A stretch of DNA of 32,000 nt from Phycisphaera mikurensis NBRC 102666 (GTDB lineage: Bacteria > Planctomycetota > Phycisphaerae > Phycisphaerales > Phycisphaeraceae), in NCBI RefSeq assembly GCF_000284115.1, contig NC_017080.1, positions 1,020,001-1,052,000 of the forward strand, in the 5' to 3' direction. Positions 17,853 through 27,061 of this stretch are shown one piece after another. The translations under genes and the position numbers were made by a program. How positions within the stretch are numbered: the stretch's first letter is position 1; each line of letters starts with the position of its first letter. The notes under the pieces were generated by a model, which did no database searches, was not told the DNA's origin, and saw only the letters and a list, made by a program, of their open reading frames with translations.

Positions 17853-19025
17853 CTACCGCGTCTCTTCGTCAAGGAAGGCGGCGATGCGGTCGAGGCCGGC
17901 CTGCAGGTAGTCCTCCGGCAGGCCGAAGCTCAGGCGCACGTGGTCGGGCACGCCGAGGTGGTCGCCGGGGGCCAGCAGCACGTCGTGCCGCTCGCGGAGC
18001 CTTGTGACGAACTGCCGGCTGTCCAGGTGCGGCACGTCGAAGCGCAGCAGCGTGATCGCCGCGGCGTCGTGGGGGGTGAGCGCGAGGCGGCCGCCCTGGG
18101 TGCCGATCCAACGCTCCAGCACGGCGTAGCCCTCGCGGATCAGCGTCCGCGTGCGCTCCACGACGCGGTCGCGGACCGGGGACGCCATGGCGTACGCGGC
18201 CATGTGGTTCGCGATCGTGGCGGTGCAGAGCGTCAGGTACTCGCGGCGGGCCCACATCTGGTCCACGGTGCCGGCGTCGGTGGCGGCCCAGCCGATGCGG
18301 AAGCCCGGCAGGCCGTAGGCCTTGCTGGTGCTGCCGGTGGCGATCACCTTGTCGTACGCGTCGAAGAAGCTGGGCGTGAAGTCGCCGCCGCGCCGCTCGC
18401 TGCCGCGGTACACCTCGTCGGAGAGGATCCACGCGCCCACCCGCTCCGCCTCGGTTATGACGGCGGCCATCTCCTCGGGCGTGAGCGCCCGGCCGGTCGG
18501 GTTGTTGGGGTGGCAGACCGCGATCAGCCGCGTCCGCTCCGTGACCGCCTCGCGCAGGGCGGCCAGGTCCGGGGCGAAGCCGCGGGCGGGGTCCAGCGGG
18601 AAGGTCTTGACCTGCAGCCCGTAGTTCACCGCCGCGCCGTACACCTGCTGGTAATTCGGCGACATCACCACCACCTCGTCGCCGGGGCGGGTGACGGCCG
18701 TCAGCCCCGCGAAGTTGGCCTCCACCGCGCCCACGGTGACCAGCACGTTCGACGCGTCGGCCGTCCGGTAGGTCGAGGCGATGGCCTCCCGCAGCGCCGG
18801 CAGCCCGGCGCCCGGCGCGTAGTAGAGCGAGACGTCCCGCAGCCGATCGAAGGCTCCGGGGTCGCCCTCGTACAGCTCCGCCACCGAGAGCGGGTGCACG
18901 CCGCTCTCGCTGAGGTTGTAAGCCACCTCATACTCGAACGCGCTGAGGTCGCGCTCGAGCTCGAAGGGCAGAAACGGCGGGAAGGCCGGGAACGCGGCGG
19001 CGGGCGGGGCGGCGGATGAGCTCAT
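17853..19025 (-). CDS. Pyridoxal-phosphate-dependent aminotransferase, class I/II
   Basis: AVCHPNNPTGRALTPEE, WILSDEVYRG and TGSTSKAYGLPGFRIGWAA (PLP-binding lysine context), DVLLAPGDHLGVPDHVRLSFG. Confidence 0.93.
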   Translation of the reverse strand: MSSSAAPPAAAFPAFPPFLPFELERDLSAFEYEVAYNLSESGVHPLSVAELYEGDPGAFDRLRDVSLYYAPGAGLPALREAIASTYRTADASNVLVTVGAVEANFAGLTAVTRPGDEVVVMSPNYQQVYGAAVNYGLQVKTFPLDPARGFAPDLAALREAVTERTRLIAVCHPNNPTGRALTPEEMAAVITEAERVGAWILSDEVYRGSERRGGDFTPSFFDAYDKVIATGSTSKAYGLPGFRIGWAATDAGTVDQMWARREYLTLCTATIANHMAAYAMASPVRDRVVERTRTLIREGYAVLERWIGTQGGRLALTPHDAAAITLLRFDVPHLDSRQFVTRLRERHDVLLAPGDHLGVPDHVRLSFGLPEDYLQAGLDRIAAFLDEETR

Positions 19026-19193
19026 GGGCGTGGGGCGGGCGGGGCGTGCGTGCTTCAAGCATAATGAATCAAAGATTCCGCTTCTAGAAACTTTTGCCCC
19101 GTCCGTTGTCCGTGCGCTGACCCCTGCCGCGTCTCCGGAGCGGACGACGGCGCCCGGCCGCGCTCGCCGGCGCCGCGGGCGCGGCCGGGCCCG

Positions 19194-19239
19194 CCGCGGA
19201 CCGCGGGCTCGGGAGCCGCGCCGACGCCGCGGTCCGCGG
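19194..19239. repeat. 46-bp palindromic element (family 1), copy e
   Basis: ccgcggaccgcgggctcgggagccgcgccgacgccgcggtccgcgg. Confidence 0.85.
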
Positions 19240-19241
19240 GC

Positions 19242-20081
19242 TCAGGCGGCGCCCGCCGCCGCGGCGGCGTCGAAGGGCTCGCCGCAGGGGCCCCCGCCGG
19301 TGGCGTCGGCGAAGCCGCGGTGCTCGCGGCCGTCGAAGCGGAAGCAGGGCTTGTAGTGCGAGCCGATCGCCTCGGCGGAGGCGGGGGCGTAGTGGCAGAT
19401 GAAGCTGCGCCGCCAGCGGTCGGCGGTCGTGTTCGGCTTCGAGCCGTGCACCACGCTGCCGTTGAAGAACAGCACGTCCCCGGGCCCGAGCACGGCGGGC
19501 ACGGGCACCACGCCGGCGGGCGGGCGGACGAGGTCGGTGGTGAAGCTTTCGGCGGCGTCGGCGGCCTCGGGGCAGGCCACCTCCATGCCGTGCGTGCCCG
19601 GGCAGACGAACAGGCCGCCGTTCTCGGGGGTCGCGGCGTCCACCGCGGTCCAGGCGGCCACGCAGGTTTGCGGAGCCACCTTCAGGTAGAAGTTGTCCTG
19701 GTGCAGGGCCTGGCCGCGGCCGCCGGGCGGCTTGAAGTAGAACATGGACTGCGTGGCGATCGGCTCCTCGCCGAGCAGCCGGCGGAGGATCGCCCCGACC
19801 CGCGGGTCCAGCAGCATCGCCCGGCTGAGGCCGTCGATGCGGTGCGGGTGCATCACCCGCGGGTAGCGCTTCAGCGGGTCCGAGGAGTTGCGGTCGGGCT
19901 CCCAGTGGGGAGGCTGGTCGGGTGCGTTGGCGGCGAGGTCGTCGAAGCGTTCGCGGCAGGCGTCGATCTCCGCCCGCGACCACAGGCCGCGGACGATGAC
20001 GTAGCCGTCGCGCTCCCAGGCGGCGTGTTGCTCGGGGGTGAGGGCGGCGTCGGCGTGGCGGGCGGTGGCGGCGGGGGGCAT
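19242..20081 (-). CDS. Phytanoyl-CoA dioxygenase (PhyH) family protein
   Basis: AAWERDGYVIVRGLWSRAEIDACRERFDDL; GQALHQDNFYLKVAPQTCVAAWTAVDAATPENGGLFVCPGTHG; GDVLFFNGSVVHGSKPNTTADRWRRSFICHY. Confidence 0.93.
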   Translation of the reverse strand: MPPAATARHADAALTPEQHAAWERDGYVIVRGLWSRAEIDACRERFDDLAANAPDQPPHWEPDRNSSDPLKRYPRVMHPHRIDGLSRAMLLDPRVGAILRRLLGEEPIATQSMFYFKPPGGRGQALHQDNFYLKVAPQTCVAAWTAVDAATPENGGLFVCPGTHGMEVACPEAADAAESFTTDLVRPPAGVVPVPAVLGPGDVLFFNGSVVHGSKPNTTADRWRRSFICHYAPASAEAIGSHYKPCFRFDGREHRGFADATGGGPCGEPFDAAAAAGAA

Positions 20082-20168
20082 GGCTCGGGTTCCTGAAGGA
20101 AGCGGGTGGCGGAGAGCTCCATCATCGCCCCTCCCCGCTTCTGCACACGGTCCGCACCGGCTGGAATC

Positions 20169-21101
20169 ATGTACGATCCTGCTGCCGTGCGACGGCCCGA
20201 GACCCCCGCCCCCGACACCCGCACGCTCGTCTGCGGGCACGACCGGCGGGGACCGGCCTACCGCAGCCGGCGCTCGGCCGGCACGGGGGACCACCTGCTG
20301 ATCTTCACGGCCGCGGGCGCCGGCGAGCTCCGCCACGCGGCGGGGCGGACGCGGCAGACCGCCGGGGAGGTGGCGCTGTACCGGCCCGGCACGCCGCAGG
20401 ACTACCGGACCGACCCGCGGACGGGGGCGGGACCGGCATCGTGGGAGCTTCTCTGGGCGCACGTGCGGCCGCCGGCCTCGTGGGCGCGGCTGCTCCGCTG
20501 GCCGGAGGAGGCGCCGGGCCTGGCCCGCCTGCGGCCCGAGCCGCACACCGCCGGGGCCGCGGAGGCCTCCCTCCGCGCCATGGTGGCCCACAGCCGGACC
20601 GCCCACGCCTTCCGCCTGGAGCGGGCGATGAACGCCCTGGAGGCGGCGCTGCTGCACCTCGTGGACGCGCTGCCGCCCGGGCCGGCGCACCCGCGGGTGG
20701 ACGACCGGCTCCGCGCCGTGCTGGACCTGCTGCACGCCCGCTTCGCCGAGCCCTGGACCAACGAGGCGCTCGCCCGGCAGGCGAAGCTGTCGACCTCCCG
20801 CTTCGCCCACCTCTTCCGCGAGCAGCTGGGCACCACCCCGCAGCGGTACCTCGAGGCGCAGCGGATCGGCCGCGCCAAAGAGCTGCTGGAGCGATCGGGC
20901 ACGACGATCGCGCGGGTGGCCGCCGAGGTCGGCTTCGACGATCCGCTGTACTTCTCCCGCCGCTTCGCGAAGCACGCGGGCGCATCGCCCCGCGCCTGGC
21001 AGGCCAAGCCGGAAGCCCGACCGGACGCCTCGCCCGCCGCGCCGCCGCGCGGGCGCCACGCGGCTTCCGGCGGAGACGCGGCCGTCCCGCCCCTCCCCTG
21101 A
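20169..21101 (+). CDS. AraC-family transcriptional regulator
   Basis: C-terminal HTH: EPWTNEALARQAKLSTSRFAHLFREQLGTTPQRYLEAQRIGRAKELLERSGTTIARVAAEVGFDDPLYFSRRFAKHAGASPRAW; N-terminal cupin-like GEVALYRPGTPQDY. Confidence 0.93.
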   Translation: MYDPAAVRRPETPAPDTRTLVCGHDRRGPAYRSRRSAGTGDHLLIFTAAGAGELRHAAGRTRQTAGEVALYRPGTPQDYRTDPRTGAGPASWELLWAHVRPPASWARLLRWPEEAPGLARLRPEPHTAGAAEASLRAMVAHSRTAHAFRLERAMNALEAALLHLVDALPPGPAHPRVDDRLRAVLDLLHARFAEPWTNEALARQAKLSTSRFAHLFREQLGTTPQRYLEAQRIGRAKELLERSGTTIARVAAEVGFDDPLYFSRRFAKHAGASPRAWQAKPEARPDASPAAPPRGRHAASGGDAAVPPLP

Positions 21102-21209
21102 CCCCGCCGCACCCGCTCGCCTCCCGTCCCACGCAACACGCCCCGCCCGCCACATACCCCCTTCCACCAAACCCCTGCCACAAGAACGCTTGGCCCCTGC
21201 GGGCCCAAT

Positions 21210-21232
21210 GGCAGGTCGCCGACCTGCCCTAC
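21210..21232 (-). repeat. REP hairpin 1
   Basis: ggcaggtcgccgacctgcc + ctac (GTAG + palindrome on the minus strand). Confidence 0.85.
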
Positions 21233-21254
21233 GCCTAGGCGATACCGTCGGCTC

Positions 21255-21815
21255 TTGCCCGAGTATCGCCGCCGCTTCGTCCACCGGGCGTACTACTTCT
21301 TCACCCGCGTGACCGCGGGGAGGATGCCGATCTTCAAGGATCCTGCCAACGTCAAGCTCCTCCGCCTCGCCACCCGCGAAGCGATGGATCACAAGCCTTT
21401 CCGGATCATCGCGTCCGTCGTCCTCCCGGACCACATCCACGACATCATCCGCCTGCCCGAAGGCGATACCAACTACCCGCAGCACCTCCGCCGGATCAAG
21501 ACCAACTTCACAAAAGCCTACCTCGACGCCGGCGGAGCCGAGGCCGCCATCACCGATGCCCAGTCCCGCGACGCCCGGCGGGGCGTCTGGCAGCCGCGTT
21601 ACCTTGAGCACACGCTTCGCGACGAGAACGACTTCCGCCGGCACCTCGCTTACCTCCACATGAATCCGGTGCGACACGGCCTCGTGAAGAGGCCAGAGGA
21701 CTGGCCCGCGTCCTCCATCCACTCCTGGATCCGACGCGGCCTGCTCCGGCCCGGCTGGGGCACCCGTCACGGCGACGCTCCCGAGGAGACCGATGGCGGC
21801 TTCTTCGGCGACTGA
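21255..21815 (+). CDS. REP-associated tyrosine transposase (RAYT), Y1/HUH family
   Basis: LPEYRRRFVHRAYYFFTRVT N-terminus, VLPDHIHDIIRLP (HUH-type HxH), YLHMNPVRHGLVKRPEDWPASSIHSW (catalytic Tyr context). Start codon appears to be TTG. Confidence 0.9.
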   Translation: MPEYRRRFVHRAYYFFTRVTAGRMPIFKDPANVKLLRLATREAMDHKPFRIIASVVLPDHIHDIIRLPEGDTNYPQHLRRIKTNFTKAYLDAGGAEAAITDAQSRDARRGVWQPRYLEHTLRDENDFRRHLAYLHMNPVRHGLVKRPEDWPASSIHSWIRRGLLRPGWGTRHGDAPEETDGGFFGD

Positions 21816-21829
21816 CCCCGCCGCCCCCC

Positions 21830-21852
21830 GTAGGGCAGGTCGGCGACCTGCC
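21830..21852 (+). repeat. REP hairpin 2
   Basis: gtag + ggcaggtcggcgacctgcc. Confidence 0.85.
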
Positions 21853-21942
21853 ATGCCGGCCGGAGGCCGGCAGCGTCGGCCCACCCGATCCCCCCGCCAC
21901 CAACCCCATACCACAAGAACGCTTGGCCCCTGCGGGCCCAAT

Positions 21943-21965
21943 GGCAGGTCGCCGACCTGCCCTAC
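21943..21965 (-). repeat. REP hairpin 3
   Basis: ggcaggtcgccgacctgcc + ctac. Confidence 0.85.
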
Positions 21966-22257
21966 GCCTTGGCGGGGAGGCGGAAAAGGTGACAGCCACC
22001 CGACGGCGCCTCCTTCCCCTTCCCGGGTTCGAAGTGGCGACGCTCTTCGGCGTCTTGGCCTCGGTCCGCGCACCGTGAAGCGGGGGTGCCTCGGGGGCTG
22101 ATGGTCTTTGGAGCAGGCTTCCCGCTCGTCGCGCGGGAGCGGAGCGGCGGCCGGGTGCGACGGAGGGGGTTCTCGTGCTGGCCCGGCCCGCGTCGCGTTG
22201 CGACGCGGCTGGTTCGTCGTCGAGGAGGCGCGGCGTCTGCGCCTGATCGTCCCGCCG

Positions 22258-22303
22258 CAGCGGACCGCCGAGCAAAACGGCTTCCGGCCGCGACGGTCCG
22301 CGG
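22258..22303. repeat. 46-bp palindromic element (family 1), copy f (left arm degenerate)
   Basis: cagcggaccgccgagcaaaacggcttccggccgcgacggtccgcgg. Confidence 0.7.
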
Positions 22304-22464
22304 CGGGCGGACGGTCTCTTCGTCGCGTGGGGGCAACCCGCGCCGGCTTGGGCAGCGGCGGGCGGAGCGGCGCGGCCTCGTTCGCAGAAGTGGTAGACTG
22401 CGTTCCGCAATCCGGAAGGAAGCAACCGGATGCACCCGTCCGTCCCACCCCGAGGTCCACCGGC

Positions 22465-25400
22465 ATGATCCATCTCCCTTCGTTCCTGGGCCGGCTGGCC
22501 CTCGTGGCCTCCGCGGCCTCTGTGGCATCGCCCGCCGCCGCGGGTGCGCTGCGGGCCGACTTCCACCGGCTCAGCCCCGGGGAGGTGCGGGCGGAGATCC
22601 GCTGGCCGGACTGGACGCTCTCGCCGCACGCGCCCGAGGGCACGCGGATCGCCGTGGAGGACGACCGCCTGGTCCTGCAGGACGACAGCCAGGAGAACGC
22701 GGCGGTGCTCAGCCTCACCGGGGACGCTTCCCGCGAGCCGCAGCCGGTGGAGATCCGCTTCTCGCTGCGGGTGGACGCGCCGGCCCGGGAGGCGGGCGAC
22801 CCCGAGGGCAGCGCCTTCGCCTTCCTGCGCTTCGGTCCGGCCTACGGCGAGGACTTGGGCTTCCTGCGGGTGATCCTTCCCGGCGACGCCGCCGAGGCGG
22901 GGCGGGCGTTCGTGGACGCTTCCTCGGGCGATGAACTCGTGCGGCCGTCCGGATCCGCGGGCGCCAGCATCCCACTCGCCGAGCCGGTGGACGTGGTGCT
23001 CCGGCTCGATCCGGCGGCGGGGACCTACGCGGTCCGCTTCGGGGGCGAGGAGGTCCTCGCCGGCGCCACGCTCGCCGGCGGCGTCGAGCCGCGCCTGGGC
23101 GTCTTCAGCGTGCACACGCCCTCGCGCGGCCGGGCCGGCATCAGCCTCGGCGATCTCGTGATCGAGCCGGTCGGCGACGCCGATGCCGACGCGGCCGGGG
23201 CGGCGCCCGCCTGGCCCACGCGTGCGGAGCCCCGGCCCGAGCTGCTCTCGCTCCTGAACGACGTCGACCTCCGCGGCGGCCGGCTCGTGGAGACGCCCGG
23301 CTTCGACCTGCAGGACGAGGGGGCGGAGTTCCAGTTCCAGCCGCACCTGTACTACTGGCCGGTCCGCGACGAGGCGGGCATCACCGCCTGGCGGTCGGAG
23401 GTCGAGAAGGAGTGGATCGGCCGGCACCTGTACAGCCTCCGGGCCTTCCCCGTGGAATCCAACCGGCGGTACGTGGTCTCGGCGCTGGTCAAGAGCCGCT
23501 TCGACCGGGCCAACAACGAGATCGACCTTGGTCTGGAGATGCTCACGATGAATCACGAGCGCCTGCCGGCCGAGCGGGTGGCGGGCCTGCCGGCGGACAC
23601 GGCGAGCGACCCCGACAACGTCGACGGCTGGGTGCGCTGGGAGTACGCGTTCGTCACCGCCAACTACGACGAGCCGGTGAAGGCCCGCTTCATCCTCCGC
23701 CACAACATCGGCTACACGGACCACGAGGCGATCGACCTCCGCCTGGCGCAGGTGAAGCTCATCGAGCTGCCCGTGGAGCCGCACGCGGTCGAGGGAGACG
23801 GGAGCGACCTGGTGACCTTCCGCGGCGGGCCGGGGAACCTGCCGATGGCGGTCGAGTCGGTGGAGGAGGACGGCGGCGTCTTCACCGTCCGGACCACCGG
23901 CGTGAAGTTCACGATCGACACCGACGCGGGGCGGATCGCCGCCCGCCAGCGGATCGACTTCCGACGCGACCTCTTCGACGCCGACCTCTCGCTGCCGCTG
24001 GCAGGCCTGCAGCTGGTGCGGCACGACGACACCGTCGCGGTGCTCCGCAACGAGCACCTGGCGATCGGCGTGCAGTGCGACGGCATGGCCGCGGTCGCCC
24101 CGCTCTCGCCGATGGCCGTCCTCGCCACCGCCCGCATCGGCGGAGCCTTCAACCGCCTCGGCCGCGGCAGCGTCTACGCCGGCGACGACTTCGGCGGCTT
24201 CGCCATCAACACGTACCCGGTGATCGGCAGCGGGACGACCGTCGATTTCGAGCCGGTGACCAGCGGGCTCTGGTTCGAGGGCCTCGCCCGCAACGACACC
24301 GAGACCATGGCGGCGGAAGGCGAGGCGTCGCGGCCGGGCTGGCAGATCCGCTGGGACCTCAAGCCCGGCGAACGGATCTTCCTCAGCGGCTTCCCCTGCC
24401 GGCCCTTCGATTGGGAACGGAGCTTCAGCGAGCACTACCAGCTCACCCATCGCGAGAACGAGGTCGAGGGTTACGACGACCCGTGGTACGACGTCGTGGA
24501 CGTGCTGATCCTCTGGGACTTCCACCAGCGCTCGTGGGGCATGGCCTTCGCGGACAACTACACGCCGTACGACGCGGAGCTCACCCAGGAGCACATCCGG
24601 GCGATCCAGGCAGAGGGCATGAAGGTCATGCCGTACAACTCGGCCTGGTTCCACCGGACGCGCGACCCGGAGGTCTGGGTCGAGAGCGCCCGGCGGATGG
24701 TCGAGGACGAGGGCTTCGAGGGCATGTACAGCGACGGCCTGCCGGCGGTGGAGTGGCTGGTGGGCTACGAGGAGATGCGGATGCTCCGCGAGGGCGTGCT
24801 GCCCGACGGCCCGATCCGCGTGCACGACTCGCTGCCGCAGAGCGGCCGCCACGTCGCGGAGTACGCCCCCTACGTCTACACCTACGCGAGCACGACCTAC
24901 CAGGCCGAGCACGTGAGCACCGACGCGGGCCCCGGCTGGCCGTGGGTCCGCTACGTGATCAACTCCTGGCGGCAGAGCAACGCCATCGGCGACATCAAGG
25001 GCGACAAGTGGCGCGGCTTCGGCGGCGACACGCCGGAGCAGCAAACCAGAAGCCGCCTCGCCGGCTTCATCTGGAACGCGCGGCCCGGCAGCGGCGCTCC
25101 CAACTACATGCAGGACGTCAAGCCGGTCTGGGACGCCCTCGAGGCCGACTGGCGGGAGCACGGCGACGACCCGTTCTACTACGACCGGCACTACCTGCCG
25201 CTGGCGCAGGAGCTCACCGGCTTCCGCATCGGCCGGGCGGCGATGCCGATCGTCGCGGAGGACGGAGACCAGGTGGAGCTCTCGACCAAGGCGACCGGCG
25301 ACGGCGTCGCGATCCGCTACACGCTCGACGGCAGCGAGCCGACGGCGGCGTCCGCGGCGTACGACGGCCCGGTCGCGCTCCCCGAGGGAGCGACGCTGAA

Positions 25401-25467
25401 GGCGGTGACGCTCGCCGAGGGCCTGGAGCCGAGCGCCGTCGCCGTTCACCCGCTGCCGGAGGACTGA
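22465..25467 (+). CDS. Large secreted glycoside-hydrolase-like protein with C-terminal chitobiase/beta-hexosaminidase C-terminal-like domain
   Basis: ATG at 22465, signal MIHLPSFLGRLALVASAASVASPAAAG; DFHQRSWGMAFADNYTPYDAELTQEHIRAIQAEGMKVMPYNSAWFHR...GFEGMYSDGLPAVEW; C-terminal GVAIRYTLDGSEPTAASAAYDGPVALPEGATLKAVT. Confidence 0.75.
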   Translation: MIHLPSFLGRLALVASAASVASPAAAGALRADFHRLSPGEVRAEIRWPDWTLSPHAPEGTRIAVEDDRLVLQDDSQENAAVLSLTGDASREPQPVEIRFSLRVDAPAREAGDPEGSAFAFLRFGPAYGEDLGFLRVILPGDAAEAGRAFVDASSGDELVRPSGSAGASIPLAEPVDVVLRLDPAAGTYAVRFGGEEVLAGATLAGGVEPRLGVFSVHTPSRGRAGISLGDLVIEPVGDADADAAGAAPAWPTRAEPRPELLSLLNDVDLRGGRLVETPGFDLQDEGAEFQFQPHLYYWPVRDEAGITAWRSEVEKEWIGRHLYSLRAFPVESNRRYVVSALVKSRFDRANNEIDLGLEMLTMNHERLPAERVAGLPADTASDPDNVDGWVRWEYAFVTANYDEPVKARFILRHNIGYTDHEAIDLRLAQVKLIELPVEPHAVEGDGSDLVTFRGGPGNLPMAVESVEEDGGVFTVRTTGVKFTIDTDAGRIAARQRIDFRRDLFDADLSLPLAGLQLVRHDDTVAVLRNEHLAIGVQCDGMAAVAPLSPMAVLATARIGGAFNRLGRGSVYAGDDFGGFAINTYPVIGSGTTVDFEPVTSGLWFEGLARNDTETMAAEGEASRPGWQIRWDLKPGERIFLSGFPCRPFDWERSFSEHYQLTHRENEVEGYDDPWYDVVDVLILWDFHQRSWGMAFADNYTPYDAELTQEHIRAIQAEGMKVMPYNSAWFHRTRDPEVWVESARRMVEDEGFEGMYSDGLPAVEWLVGYEEMRMLREGVLPDGPIRVHDSLPQSGRHVAEYAPYVYTYASTTYQAEHVSTDAGPGWPWVRYVINSWRQSNAIGDIKGDKWRGFGGDTPEQQTRSRLAGFIWNARPGSGAPNYMQDVKPVWDALEADWREHGDDPFYYDRHYLPLAQELTGFRIGRAAMPIVAEDGDQVELSTKATGDGVAIRYTLDGSEPTAASAAYDGPVALPEGATLKAVTLAEGLEPSAVAVHPLPED

Positions 25468-25496
25468 GGCGCCTCGCGCGACAATCCCGCGCGTCC

Positions 25497-25602
25497 GGTG
25501 CCACGCCGCTCGCGGGGTGGCGGTCGCCGGAGGCGACGCCGGGGGTGGCGCGGACGCGTCGCGTGTCCTGCGGGCACCCCACCCCGCAAGCGGCGTGGCA
25601 CC
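25497..25602. repeat. 106-bp inverted-repeat element (family 2), copy 4
   Basis: ggtgccacgccgctcgcggggtggcggtcgccggaggcgacgcc...caccccaccccgcaagcggcgtggcacc, same length as the 3.1-3.8 kb copies. Confidence 0.9.
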
Positions 25603-25715
25603 CGGACCTCGGGCGGGCTCGGAGGATGGGTTGAAGCTTGAGCCTGGAGGTGGGGGCACGGGAAGGGGCGATAGGCCCGCGGGAAATCGGGGTGCGGGCG
25701 AGCCTCCGCGGCGGG

Positions 25716-26990
25716 TCAAGCCTCTCGGCACTCCTCCCACAGCCGCGCCATCGCGAGCAGCGGGTTGTGGCCGAGGTAGTCGCGGCAGGGCGCGTTGGCC
25801 ACGCCCTCGGCGTAGGGCTTGCGGGCGACCGACGCGGCCGGCTCGCCGTCGGGGTGGTAGAACTCCCAGACGGTGCCGGTCCGCTCGAACTCCGCGGCCG
25901 TGGCGTTTAGTGCCCGCTCCAGGATCGCCGCCGCGGCGGCGGGGCGGCCGCAGCGGGCGCAGCCCAACGCCGCCCACAGCGTCATGCTGTTCCAGGCGGG
26001 GCCGCGCCACATCCGCGTCTCGTACGCCGGGTCGGCCGGAGCGACCGTGCGCAGCGGGTGAGCCGAGAAGAAGCGGTCGGGGTTCAGCAGCCAGTCGTCC
26101 ACCACGCGGTCGGTTTGCTCCGCCGTGGCGACGCCGATGACAAGCGGCCAGAAGCCCTCCAGCGCCATCGGCGGCGACGGCTTGCCGGTCCGGAAGGCGT
26201 CGACGAAGAGGCCGAGCCCGTCGTGCCACATCGTTCGGCGGATCGTCTCGGCGAGGGCGGCTCGCCGCTCACCGGCCGCTTCGGCCTCGGCCCCGGGGCC
26301 GAAGCGTGCGACGAGGTCCAACAGCATCCACGCGTGGCAGGAAGCGTCGACGAACGGAGCCAACTCCCCGTGCGGGCCGTCGAGGAAGCGGACGCCGTCG
26401 TCGACGCCCGACTCGAAGCTGTCCTCCAGCAGGAAGTCGGCGTAGCCGTAGGCGTCGCCCACGCGGCGGTGGCGGTCGAACCACTCCAGCTGCGCCCGGG
26501 CGTGCGGGACGCAGCGGGCGCCCAGCCCGGGGCCGTGGCCGCCCGCGACCAGCCGATCCACCAGCACCGGCCACACCGGCGGGTGCGTGAGCGCCGGATC
26601 GTGCAGCCACGGCTTGCCGTCGCGCATCATCATCACGACCGGCAGGCGGCCGTCGGGCTGCTGCAGCGCCAGCAGGTTCTCCAGCTGCCGCAACGCGTGT
26701 GCCGGCTCGTCCACGACCGCGTCCAGCGACTGGTGGACAATGTCCCAGTGCCCGAAGGCGGGGCCGTAGACGTAGCCGGGGCCGATCTCCTCCCACGGGT
26801 GAGGGAAGAGGCCGTGGCGATCGTCTCGGATCGCCCGCTCGTGCAGCTGCGCCACGCAGCCGAGGACCGATCGCCAGCGCGACCGCCCGAGGCCGGCCGC
26901 GGCTCGACGCAGGCGGGGAAGCCGGGGAGCGGATCCGGCGGGATCGGTTGGGACCGGCGGAACGTCGTCTTCATTTTGACGGAACATCAT
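25716..26990 (-). CDS. GH63/trehalase-like (alpha/alpha-toroid) glycoside hydrolase
   Basis: FPHPWEEIGPGYVYGPAFGHWDIVHQSLDAV; NLLALQQPDGRLP; ALEGFWPLVIGVAT; TRMWRGPAWNSMTLWAALG; GTVWEFYHPDG. Confidence 0.7.
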   Translation of the reverse strand: MMFRQNEDDVPPVPTDPAGSAPRLPRLRRAAAGLGRSRWRSVLGCVAQLHERAIRDDRHGLFPHPWEEIGPGYVYGPAFGHWDIVHQSLDAVVDEPAHALRQLENLLALQQPDGRLPVVMMMRDGKPWLHDPALTHPPVWPVLVDRLVAGGHGPGLGARCVPHARAQLEWFDRHRRVGDAYGYADFLLEDSFESGVDDGVRFLDGPHGELAPFVDASCHAWMLLDLVARFGPGAEAEAAGERRAALAETIRRTMWHDGLGLFVDAFRTGKPSPPMALEGFWPLVIGVATAEQTDRVVDDWLLNPDRFFSAHPLRTVAPADPAYETRMWRGPAWNSMTLWAALGCARCGRPAAAAAILERALNATAAEFERTGTVWEFYHPDGEPAASVARKPYAEGVANAPCRDYLGHNPLLAMARLWEECREA

Positions 26991-27061
26991 CTTCCATTTA
27001 ACATAACCGTCCGCGGATCGCCATCGGCCCGCCGATGTTTTCCTCCCGCCATCGCCTCGCC

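Larger units (their letters stand above)
21164..21969 (+). mobile_element. REP-associated transposase locus: Y1-transposase gene bounded by direct repeats containing REP hairpins
   Basis: Perfect 59-bp direct repeat at 21178-21236 and 21911-21969 flanks the transposase ORF; three GTAG/CTAC-tagged hairpins. Confidence 0.8.

Noticed and set aside
17455-17910. Small ORFs (MRRPPPPPKGRGTRASA..., MAPGHRPVSRRRVPRRLRGG...) with repeated peptide motifs
   Set aside because: The repeated peptides are readings of the 76-bp palindromic elements; no independent coding evidence.
19242-21101. Possible ectoine-type hydroxylase cluster (PhyH near an aminotransferase)
   Set aside because: No ectABC-like synthase or acetyltransferase in the window, and the aminotransferase is a class I/II type; the generic PhyH assignment is safer.
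21550-26229. 1559-aa minus-strand ORF crossing several genes
   Set aside because: Antisense to the transposase and the well-supported 22465-25467 gene and runs through non-coding repeats; composition is low-complexity.
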